64,000 bases of DNA from Auanema rhodensis (taxonomy: Eukaryota > Animalia > Nematoda), in the NCBI GenBank assembly GCA_964057225.1, contig OZ059900.1, positions 24,428,001-24,492,000 on the forward strand, given 5' to 3'. Under the pieces are notes generated by a model. The model ran no database searches. It was not told the DNA's origin and worked only from the letters and a program-made list of their open reading frames with translations. Numbering within the stretch: position 1 is the stretch's first letter; every line of letters begins with the position of its first letter. The translations under genes were made by a program, and so were the position numbers. Shown in pieces: positions 1-11,970 of the stretch.

Positions 1-342
1 TGGAACTAGACGTTGTAGGAACAATTTTGAGCTAGGTTTCATTGACATTGCATGAGTTTGAACACATGAAATCGTAAGTCAAAACCTTGTTTACAGCGAA
101 ATTTCCAAAAACTGGTTTTCCAGCATAATAAAATATTTCTCATGGGAAATACTGTGTTTTTGTATTTTTCTAGTGTTCAGCATGTAAAATGCTTCATTTT
201 AGTATGTAACACGCTGAAATTCGTTGCATTTGACGACTCATATGAACAAAAATCGATTTAATCAATATTAGCCATAAGGGGCGTGCCCTCAGAATATGCT
301 AATTTCCTTAATTTTCTAACCCCTGTTTTTTTGTCGTGAAAG
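1..342 (+). repeat. Reference (consensus-type) monomer, 342 bp, ~34% GC
   Basis: Identical copies start at, for example, 1369, 2053, 3421, 4105, 6499, 7183 and 11629. G+C hand count is 116/342. Confidence 0.97.
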
Positions 343-3300
343 TGGAATTAGACGTTGTAGGAACAATTTTGAGCTAGGTTTCATTGACATTGCATGAGTT
401 TGAACGCATGAAATCGTAAGTCAAAACCTTGTTTACAGCGAAATTTCCAAAAACTGGTTTTCCAGCATAATAAAATATTTCTCATGGGAAATACTGTGTT
501 TTTGTATTTTTATAGTGTTCAGCATGTAAAATGCTTCATTTTAGTATGTAACACGCTGAAATTCGTTGCATTTGACGACTCATATGAACAAAAATCGATT
601 TAATCAATATTAGCCATAAGGGGCGTGCCCTCAGAATATGCTAATTTCCTTAATTTTCTAACCCCGGTTTTTTTGTCGTGAAAGTGGAATTAGACGTTGT
701 AGGAACAATTTTGAGCTAGGTTTCATTGACATTGCATGAGTTTGAACACATGAAATCGTAAGTCAAAACCTTGTTTACAGCGAAATTTCCAAAAACTGGT
801 TTTCCAGCATAATAAAATATTTCTCATGGGAAATACTGTGTTTTTGTATTTTTCTAGTGTTCAGCATGTAAAATGCTTCATTTTAGTATGTAACACGCTG
901 AAATTCGTTGCATTTGACTACTCATATGAACAAAAATCGATTTAATCAATATTAGCCATAAGGGGCGTGCCCTCAGAATATGCTAATTTCCTTAATTTTC
1001 TAACCCCTGTTTTTTTGTCGTGAAAGTGGAACTAGACGTTGTAGGAACAATTTTGAGCTAGGTTTCATTGACATTGCATGAGTTTGAACACATGAAATCG
1101 TAAGTCAAAACCTTGTTTACAGCGAAATTTCCAAAAACTGGTTTTCCAGCATAATAAAATATTTCTCATGAGAAATACTGTGTTTTTGTATTTTTCTAGT
1201 GTTCAGCATGTAAAATGCTTCATTTTAGTATGTAACACGATGAAATTCGTTGCATTTGACGACTCATATGAACAAAAATCGATTTAATCAATATTAGCCA
1301 TAAGGGGCGTGCCCTCAGAATATGCTAATTTCATTAATTTTCTAACCCCTGTTTTTTTGTCGTGAAAGTGGAACTAGACGTTGTAGGAACAATTTTGAGC
1401 TAGGTTTCATTGACATTGCATGAGTTTGAACACATGAAATCGTAAGTCAAAACCTTGTTTACAGCGAAATTTCCAAAAACTGGTTTTCCAGCATAATAAA
1501 ATATTTCTCATGGGAAATACTGTGTTTTTGTATTTTTCTAGTGTTCAGCATGTAAAATGCTTCATTTTAGTATGTAACACGCTGAAATTCGTTGCATTTG
1601 ACGACTCATATGAACAAAAATCGATTTAATCAATATTAGCCATAAGGGGCGTGCCCTCAGAATATGCTAATTTCCTTAATTTTCTAACCCCTGTTTTTTT
1701 GTCGTGAAAGTGGAACTAGACGTTGTAGGAACAATTTTGAGCTAGGTTTCATTGACATTGCATGAGTTTGAACACATGAAATCGTAAGTCAAAACCTTGT
1801 TTACAGCGAAATTTCCAAAAACTGGTTTTCCAGCATAATAAAATATTTCTCATGAGAAATACTGTGTTTTTGTATTTTTCTAGTGTTCAGCATGTAAAAT
1901 GCTTCATTTTAGTATGTAACACGATGAAATTCGTTGCATTTGACTACTCATATGAACAAAAATCGATTTAATCAATATTAGCCATAAGGGGCGTGCCCTC
2001 AGAATATGCTAATTTCATTAATTTTCTAACCCCTGTTTTTTTGTCGTGAAAGTGGAACTAGACGTTGTAGGAACAATTTTGAGCTAGGTTTCATTGACAT
2101 TGCATGAGTTTGAACACATGAAATCGTAAGTCAAAACCTTGTTTACAGCGAAATTTCCAAAAACTGGTTTTCCAGCATAATAAAATATTTCTCATGGGAA
2201 ATACTGTGTTTTTGTATTTTTCTAGTGTTCAGCATGTAAAATGCTTCATTTTAGTATGTAACACGCTGAAATTCGTTGCATTTGACGACTCATATGAACA
2301 AAAATCGATTTAATCAATATTAGCCATAAGGGGCGTGCCCTCAGAATATGCTAATTTCCTTAATTTTCTAACCCCTGTTTTTTTGTCGTGAAAGTGGAAC
2401 TAGACGTTGTAGGAACAATTTTGAGCTAGGTTTCATTGACATTGCATGAGTTTGAACACATGAAATCGTAAGTCAAAACCTTGTTTACAGCGAAATTTCC
2501 AAAAACTGGTTTTCCAGCATAATAAAATATTTCTCATGGGAAATACTGTGTTTTTGTATTTTTCTAGTGTTCAGCATGTGAAATGCTTCATTTTAGTATG
2601 TAACACGCTGAAATTCGTTGCATTTGACGACTCATATGAACAAAAATCGATTTAATCAATATTAGCCATAAGGGGCGTGCCCTCAGAATATGCTAATTTC
2701 CTTAATTTTCTAACCCCGGTTTTTTTGTCGTGAAAGTGGAATTAGACGTTGTAGGAACAATTTTGAGCTAGGTTTCATTGACATTGCATGAGTTTGAACA
2801 CATGAAATCGTAAGTCAAAACCTTGTTTACAGCGAAATTTCCAAAAACTGGTTTTCCAGCATAATAAAATATTTCTCATGGGAAATACTGTGTTTTTGTA
2901 TTTTTCTAGTGTTCAGCATGTAAAATGCTTCATTTTAGTATGTAACACGCTGAAATTCGTTGCATTTGACTACTCATATGAACAAAAATCGATTTAATCA
3001 ATATTAGCCATAAGGGGCGTGCCCTCAGAATATGCTAATTTCCTTAATTTTCTAACCCCTGTTTTTTTGTCGTGAAAGTGGAACTAGACGTTGTACAAAC
3101 AATTTTGAGCTAGGTTTCATTGACATTGCATGAGTTTGAACACATGAAATCGTAAGTCAAAACCTTGTTTACAGCGAAATTTCCAAAAACTGGTTTTCCA
3201 GCATAATAAAATATTTCTCATGAGAAATACTGTGTTTTTGTATTTTTCTAGTGTTCAGCTTGTAAAATGCTTCATTTTAGTATGTAACACGATGAAATTC

Positions 3301-4104
3301 GTTGCATTTGACGACTCATATGAACAAAAATCGATTTAATCAATATTAGCCATAAGGGGCGTGCCCTCAGAATATGCTAATTTCATTAATTTTCTAACCC
3401 CTGTTTTTTTGTCGTGAAAGTGGAACTAGACGTTGTAGGAACAATTTTGAGCTAGGTTTCATTGACATTGCATGAGTTTGAACACATGAAATCGTAAGTC
3501 AAAACCTTGTTTACAGCGAAATTTCCAAAAACTGGTTTTCCAGCATAATAAAATATTTCTCATGGGAAATACTGTGTTTTTGTATTTTTCTAGTGTTCAG
3601 CATGTAAAATGCTTCATTTTAGTATGTAACACGCTGAAATTCGTTGCATTTGACGACTCATATGAACAAAAATCGATTTAATCAATATTAGCCATAAGGG
3701 GCGTGCCCTCAGAATATGCTAATTTCCTTAATTTTCTAACCCCTGTTTTTTTGTCGTGAAAGTGGAACTAGACGTTGTAGGAACAATTTTGAGCTAGGTT
3801 TCATTGACATTGCATGAGTTTGAACACATGAAATCGTAAGTCAAAACCTTGTTTACAGCGAAATTTCCAAAAACTGGTTTTCCAGCATAATAAAATATTT
3901 CTCATGAGAAATACTGTGTTTTTGTATTTTTCTAGTGTTCAGCATGTAAAATGCTTCATTTTAGTATGTAACACGATGAAATTCGTTGCATTTGACGACT
4001 CATATGAACAAAAATCGATTTAATCAATATTAGCCATAAGGGGCGTGCCCTCAGAATATGCTAATTTCATTAATTTTCTAACCCCTGTTTTTTTGTCGTG
4101 AAAG

Positions 4105-7100
4105 TGGAACTAGACGTTGTAGGAACAATTTTGAGCTAGGTTTCATTGACATTGCATGAGTTTGAACACATGAAATCGTAAGTCAAAACCTTGTTTACAG
4201 CGAAATTTCCAAAAACTGGTTTTCCAGCATAATAAAATATTTCTCATGGGAAATACTGTGTTTTTGTATTTTTCTAGTGTTCAGCATGTAAAATGCTTCA
4301 TTTTAGTATGTAACACGCTGAAATTCGTTGCATTTGACGACTCATATGAACAAAAATCGATTTAATCAATATTAGCCATAAGGGGCGTGCCCTCAGAATA
4401 TGCTAATTTCCTTAATTTTCTAACCCCTGTTTTTTTGTCGTGAAAGTGGAACTAGACGTTGTAGGAACAATTTTGAGCTAGGTTTCATTGACATTGCATG
4501 AGTTTGAACACATGAAATCGTAAGTCAAAACCTTGTTTACAGCGAAATTTCCAAAAACTGGTTTTCCAGCATAATAAAATATTTCTCATGGGAAATACTG
4601 TGTTTTTGTATTTTTCTAGTGTTCAGCATGTGAAATGCTTCATTTTAGTATGTAACACGCTGAAATTCGTTGCATTTGACGACTCATATGAACAAAAATC
4701 GATTTAATCAATATTAGCCATAAGGGGCGTGCCCTCAGAATATGCTAATTTCCTTAATTTTCTAACCCCGGTTTTTTTGTCGTGAAAGTGGAATTAGACG
4801 TTGTAGGAACAATTTTGAGCTAGGTTTCATTGACATTGCATGAGTTTGAACACATGAAATCGTAAGTCAAAACCTTGTTTACAGCGAAATTTCCAAAAAC
4901 TGGTTTTCCAGCATAATAAAATATTTCTCATGGGAAATACTGTGTTTTTGTATTTTTCTAGTGTTCAGCATGTAAAATGCTTCATTTTAGTATGTAACAC
5001 GCTGAAATTCGTTGCATTTGACTACTCATATGAACAAAAATCGATTTAATCAATATTAGCCATAAGGGGCGTGCCCTCAGAATATGCTAATTTCCTTAAT
5101 TTTCTAACCCCTGTTTTTTTGTCGTGAAAGTGGAACTAGACGTTGTACAAACAATTTTGAGCTAGGTTTCATTGACATTGCATGAGTTTGAACACATGAA
5201 ATCGTAAGTCAAAACCTTGTTTACAGCGAAATTTCCAAAAACTGGTTTTCCAGCATAATAAAATATTTCTCATGAGAAATACTGTGTTTTTGTATTTTTC
5301 TAGTGTTCAGCATGTAAAATGCTTCATTTTAGTATGTAACACGCTGAAATTCGTTGCATTTGACTACTCATATGAACAAAAATCGATTTAATCAATATTA
5401 GCCATAAGGGGCGTGCCCTCAGAATATGCTAATTTCCTTAATTTTCTAACCCCTGTTTTTTTGTCGTGAAAGTGGAACTAGACGTTGTACAAACAATTTT
5501 GAGCTAGGTTTCATTGACATTGCATGAGTTTGAACACATGAAATCGTAAGTCAAAACCTTGTTTACAGCGAAATTTCCAAAAACTGGTTTTCCAGCATAA
5601 TAAAATATTTCTCATGAGAAATACTGTGTTTTTGTATTTTTCTAGTGTTCAGCATGTAAAATGCTTCATTTTAGTATGTAACACGATGAAATTCGTTGCA
5701 TTTGACGACTCATATGAACAAAAATCGATTTAATCAATATTAGCCATAAGGGGCGTGCCCTCAGAATATGCTAATTTCCTTAATTTTCTAACCCCTGTTT
5801 TTTTGTCGTGAAAGTGGAACTAGACGTTGTAGGAACAATTTTGAGCTAGGTTTCATTGACATTGCATGAGTTTGAACACATGAAATCGTAAGTCAAAACC
5901 TTGTTTACAGCGAAATTTCCAAAAACTGGTTTTCCAGCATAATAAAATATTTCTCATGGGAAATACTGTGTTTTTGTATTTTTCTAGTGTTCAGCATGTG
6001 AAATGCTTCATTTTAGTATGTAACACGCTGAAATTCGTTGCATTTGACGACTCATATGAACAAAAATCGATTTAATCAATATTAGCCATAAGGGGCGTGC
6101 CCTCAGAATATGCTAATTTCCTTAATTTTCTAACCCCTGTTTTTTTGTCGTGAAAGTGGAAACAGACGTTGTAGGAACAATTTTGAGCTAGGTTTCATTG
6201 ACATTGCATGAGTTTGAACACATGAAATCGTAAGTCAAAACCTTGTTTACAGCGAAATTTCCAAAAACTGGTTTTCCAGCATAATAAAATATTTCTCATG
6301 AGAAATACTGTGTTTTTGTATTTTTCTAGTGTTCAGCATGTAAAATGCTTCATTTTAGTATGTAACACGATGAAATTCGTTGCATTTGACGACTCATATG
6401 AACAAAAATCGATTTAATCAATATTAGCCATAAGGGGCGTGCCCTCAGAATATGCTAATTTCATTAATTTTCTAACCCCTGTTTTTTTGTCGTGAAAGTG
6501 GAACTAGACGTTGTAGGAACAATTTTGAGCTAGGTTTCATTGACATTGCATGAGTTTGAACACATGAAATCGTAAGTCAAAACCTTGTTTACAGCGAAAT
6601 TTCCAAAAACTGGTTTTCCAGCATAATAAAATATTTCTCATGGGAAATACTGTGTTTTTGTATTTTTCTAGTGTTCAGCATGTAAAATGCTTCATTTTAG
6701 TATGTAACACGCTGAAATTCGTTGCATTTGACGACTCATATGAACAAAAATCGATTTAATCAATATTAGCCATAAGGGGCGTGCCCTCAGAATATGCTAA
6801 TTTCCTTAATTTTCTAACCCCTGTTTTTTTGTCGTGAAAGTGGAATTAGACGTTGTAGGAACAATTTTGAGCTAGGTTTCATTGACATTGCATGAGTTTG
6901 AACGCATGAAATCGTAAGTCAAAACCTTGTTTACAGCGAAATTTCCAAAAACTGGTTTTCCAGCATAATAAAATATTTCTCATGGGAAATACTGTGTTTT
7001 TGTATTTTTATAGTGTTCAGCATGTAAAATGCTTCATTTTAGTATGTAACACGCTGAAATTCGTTGCATTTGACGACTCATATGAACAAAAATCGATTTA

Positions 7101-10100
7101 ATCAATATTAGCCATAAGGGGCGTGCCCTCAGAATATGCTAATTTCCTTAATTTTCTAACCCCTGTTTTTTTGTCGTGAAAGTGGAACTAGACGTTGTAG
7201 GAACAATTTTGAGCTAGGTTTCATTGACATTGCATGAGTTTGAACACATGAAATCGTAAGTCAAAACCTTGTTTACAGCGAAATTTCCAAAAACTGGTTT
7301 TCCAGCATAATAAAATATTTCTCATGGGAAATACTGTGTTTTTGTATTTTTCTAGTGTTCAGCATGTAAAATGCTTCATTTTAGTATGTAACACGCTGAA
7401 ATTCGTTGCATTTGACGACTCATATGAACAAAAATCGATTTAATCAATATTAGCCATAAGGGGCGTGCCCTCAGAATATGCTAATTTCCTTAATTTTCTA
7501 ACCCCTGTTTTTTTGTCGTGAAAGTGGAACTAGACGTTGTAGGAACAATTTTGAGCTAGGTTTCATTGACATTGCATGAGTTTGAACACATGAAATCGTA
7601 AGTCAAAACCTTGTTTACAGCGAAATTTCCAAAAACTGGTTTTCCAGCATAATAAAATATTTCTCATGGGAAATACTGTGTTTTTGTATTTTTCTAGTGT
7701 TCAGCATGTGAAATGCTTCATTTTAGTATGTAACACGCTGAAATTCGTTGCATTTGACGACTCATATGAACAAAAATCGATTTAATCAATATTAGCCATA
7801 AGGGGCGTGCCCTCAGAATATGCTAATTTCCTTAATTTTCTAACCCCGGTTTTTTTGTCGTGAAAGTGGAATTAGACGTTGTAGGAACAATTTTGAGCTA
7901 GGTTTCATTGACATTGCATGAGTTTGAACACATGAAATCGTAAGTCAAAACCTTGTTTACAGCGAAATTTCCAAAAACTGGTTTTCCAGCATAATAAAAT
8001 ATTTCTCATGGGAAATACTGTGTTTTTGTATTTTTCTAGTGTTCAGCATGTAAAATGCTTCATTTTAGTATGTAACACGCTGAAATTCGTTGCATTTGAC
8101 TACTCATATGAACAAAAATCGATTTAATCAATATTAGCCATAAGGGGCGTGCCCTCAGAATATGCTAATTTCCTTAATTTTCTAACCCCTGTTTTTTTGT
8201 CGTGAAAGTGGAACTAGACGTTGTACAAACAATTTTGAGCTAGGTTTCATTGACATTGCATGAGTTTGAACACATGAAATCGTAAGTCAAAACCTTGTTT
8301 ACAGCGAAATTTCCAAAAACTGGTTTTCCAGCATAATAAAATATTTCTCATGAGAAATACTGTGTTTTTGTATTTTTCTAGTGTTCAGCATGTAAAATGC
8401 TTCATTTTAGTATGTAACACGCTGAAATTCGTTGCATTTGACTACTCATATGAACAAAAATCGATTTAATCAATATTAGCCATAAGGGGCGTGCCCTCAG
8501 AATATGCTAATTTCCTTAATTTTCTAACCCCTGTTTTTTTGTCGTGAAAGTGGAACTAGACGTTGTACAAACAATTTTGAGCTAGGTTTCATTGACATTG
8601 CATGAGTTTGAACACATGAAATCGTAAGTCAAAACCTTGTTTACAGCGAAATTTCCAAAAACTGGTTTTCCAGCATAATAAAATATTTCTCATGAGAAAT
8701 ACTGTGTTTTTGTATTTTTCTAGTGTTCAGCATGTAAAATGCTTCATTTTAGTATGTAACACGATGAAATTCGTTGCATTTGACGACTCATATGAACAAA
8801 AATCGATTTAATCAATATTAGCCATAAGGGGCGTGCCCTCAGAATATGCTAATTTCCTTAATTTTCTAACCCCTGTTTTTTTGTCGTGAAAGTGGAACTA
8901 GACGTTGTAGGAACAATTTTGAGCTAGGTTTCATTGACATTGCATGAGTTTGAACACATGAAATCGTAAGTCAAAACCTTGTTTACAGCGAAATTTCCAA
9001 AAACTGGTTTTCCAGCATAATAAAATATTTCTCATGGGAAATACTGTGTTTTTGTATTTTTCTAGTGTTCAGCATGTGAAATGCTTCATTTTAGTATGTA
9101 ACACGCTGAAATTCGTTGCATTTGACGACTCATATGAACAAAAATCGATTTAATCAATATTAGCCATAAGGGGCGTGCCCTCAGAATATGCTAATTTCCT
9201 TAATTTTCTAACCCCTGTTTTTTTGTCGTGAAAGTGGAAACAGACGTTGTAGGAACAATTTTGAGCTAGGTTTCATTGACATTGCATGAGTTTGAACACA
9301 TGAAATCGTAAGTCAAAACCTTGTTTACAGCGAAATTTCCAAAAACTGGTTTTCCAGCATAATAAAATATTTCTCATGAGAAATACTGTGTTTTTGTATT
9401 TTTCTAGTGTTCAGCATGTAAAATGCTTCATTTTAGTATGTAACACGATGAAATTCGTTGCATTTGACGACTCATATGAACAAAAATCGATTTAATCAAT
9501 ATTAGCCATAAGGGGCGTGCCCTCAGAATATGCTAATTTCATTAATTTTCTAACCCCTGTTTTTTTGTCGTGAAAGTGGAACTAGACGTTGTAGGAACAA
9601 TTTTGAGCTAGGTTTCATTGACATTGCATGAGTTTGAACACATGAAATCGTAAGTCAAAACCTTGTTTACAGCGAAATTTCCAAAAACTGGTTTTCCAGC
9701 ATAATAAAATATTTCTCATGGGAAATACTGTGTTTTTGTATTTTTCTAGTGTTCAGCATGTAAAATGCTTCATTTTAGTATGTAACACGCTGAAATTCGT
9801 TGCATTTGACGACTCATATGAACAAAAATCGATTTAATCAATATTAGCCATAAGGGGCGTGCCCTCAGAATATGCTAATTTCCTTAATTTTCTAACCCCG
9901 GTTTTTTTGTCGTGAAAGTGGAATTAGACGTTGTAGGAACAATTTTGAGCTAGGTTTCATTGACATTGCATGAGTTTGAACACATGAAATCGTAAGTCAA
10001 AACCTTGTTTACAGCGAAATTTCCAAAAACTGGTTTTCCAGCATAATAAAATATTTCTCATGGGAAATACTGTGTTTTTGTATTTTTCTAGTGTTCAGCA

Positions 10101-11970
10101 TGTGAAATGCTTCATTTTAGTATGTAACACGCTGAAATTCGTTGCATTTGACGACTCATATGAACAAAAATCGATTTAATCAATATTAGCCATAAGGGGC
10201 GTGCCCTCAGAATATGCTAATTTCCTTAATTTTCTAACCCCTGTTTTTTTGTCGTGAAAGTGGAACTAGACGTTGTACAAACAATTTTGAGCTAGGTTTC
10301 ATTGACATTGCATGAGTTTGAACACATGAAATCGTAAGTCAAAACCTTGTTTACAGCGAAATTTCCAAAAACTGGTTTTCCAGCATAATAAAATATTTCT
10401 CATGAGAAATACTGTGTTTTTGTATTTTTCTAGTGTTCAGCATGTAAAATGCTTCATTTTAGTATGTAACACGCTGAAATTCGTTGCATTTGACTACTCA
10501 TATGAACAAAAATTGATTTAATCAATATTAGCCATAAGGGGCGTGCCCTCAGAATATGCTAATTTCCTTAATTTTCTAACCCCTGTTTTTTTGTCGTGAA
10601 AGTGGAACTAGACGTTGTACAAACAATTTTGAGCTAGGTTTCATTGACATTGCATGAGTTTGAACACATGAAATCGTAAGTCAAAACCTTGTTTACAGCG
10701 AAATTTCCAAAAACTGGTTTTCCAGCATAATAAAATATTTCTCATGAGAAATACTGTGTTTTTGTATTTTTCTAGTGTTCAGCATGTAAAATGCTTCATT
10801 TTAGTATGTAACACGATGAAATTCGTTGCATTTGACGACTCATATGAACAAAAATCGATTTAATCAATATTAGCCATAAGGGGCGTGCCCTCAGAATATG
10901 CTAATTTCCTTAATTTTCTAACCCCTGTTTTTTTGTCGTGAAAGTGGAACTAGACGTTGTAGGAACAATTTTGAGCTAGGTTTCATTGACATTGCATGAG
11001 TTTGAACACATGAAATCGTAAGTCAAAACCTTGTTTACAGCGAAATTTCCAAAAACTGGTTTTCCAGCATAATAAAATATTTCTCATGGGAAATACTGTG
11101 TTTTTGTATTTTTCTAGTGTTCAGCATGTGAAATGCTTCATTTTAGTATGTAACACGCTGAAATTCGTTGCATTTGACGACTCATATGAACAAAAATCGA
11201 TTTAATCAATATTAGCCATAAGGGGCGTGCCCTCAGAATATGCTAATTTCCTTAATTTTCTAACCCCTGTTTTTTTGTCGTGAAAGTGGAAACAGACGTT
11301 GTAGGAACAATTTTGAGCTAGGTTTCATTGACATTGCATGAGTTTGAACACATGAAATCGTAAGTCAAAACCTTGTTTACAGCGAAATTTCCAAAAACTG
11401 GTTTTCCAGCATAATAAAATATTTCTCATGAGAAATACTGTGTTTTTGTATTTTTCTAGTGTTCAGCATGTAAAATGCTTCATTTTAGTATGTAACACGA
11501 TGAAATTCGTTGCATTTGACGACTCATATGAACAAAAATCGATTTAATCAATATTAGCCATAAGGGGCGTGCCCTCAGAATATGCTAATTTCATTAATTT
11601 TCTAACCCCTGTTTTTTTGTCGTGAAAGTGGAACTAGACGTTGTAGGAACAATTTTGAGCTAGGTTTCATTGACATTGCATGAGTTTGAACACATGAAAT
11701 CGTAAGTCAAAACCTTGTTTACAGCGAAATTTCCAAAAACTGGTTTTCCAGCATAATAAAATATTTCTCATGGGAAATACTGTGTTTTTGTATTTTTCTA
11801 GTGTTCAGCATGTAAAATGCTTCATTTTAGTATGTAACACGCTGAAATTCGTTGCATTTGACGACTCATATGAACAAAAATCGATTTAATCAATATTAGC
11901 CATAAGGGGCGTGCCCTCAGAATATGCTAATTTCCTTAATTTTCTAACCCCTGTTTTTTTGTCGTGAAAG
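4105..11970 (+). repeat. Higher-order repeat cluster: 9-monomer (3078 bp) then 6-monomer (2052 bp) period
   Basis: The rare GGAAAC allele occurs in monomers at 6157, 9235 and 11287. Each time it is preceded by the same ordered types: CAA/GAG/TAC, CAA/GAG/GAT, GTG. Confidence 0.85.

Noticed and set aside
219-235. CENP-B-box-like motif ATTCGTTGCATTTGACG
   Set aside because: It matches TTCG and the central A but lacks the essential CGGG (6 of 9 core positions), so it is not supportable as functional.
316-324. Telomere-like CTAACCCCT motif (also within the junction duplication)
   Set aside because: It is a single degenerate unit per monomer, not a tandem telomeric tract, and the junction copy is fully explained by local templating.
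267-334. Hairpin plus T-tract resembling an intrinsic or Pol III terminator, or a 5S/tRNA/snRNA tandem gene
   Set aside because: The stem is ~35 bp from the T7 tract, and I recognise no 5S, tRNA, snRNA or spliced-leader sequence or A/B boxes.
1-342. Assignment to a named satellite family or species
   Set aside because: Length and AT-richness resemble several insect and other eukaryotic satellites, but I do not recognise the sequence with confidence. A database search is needed.
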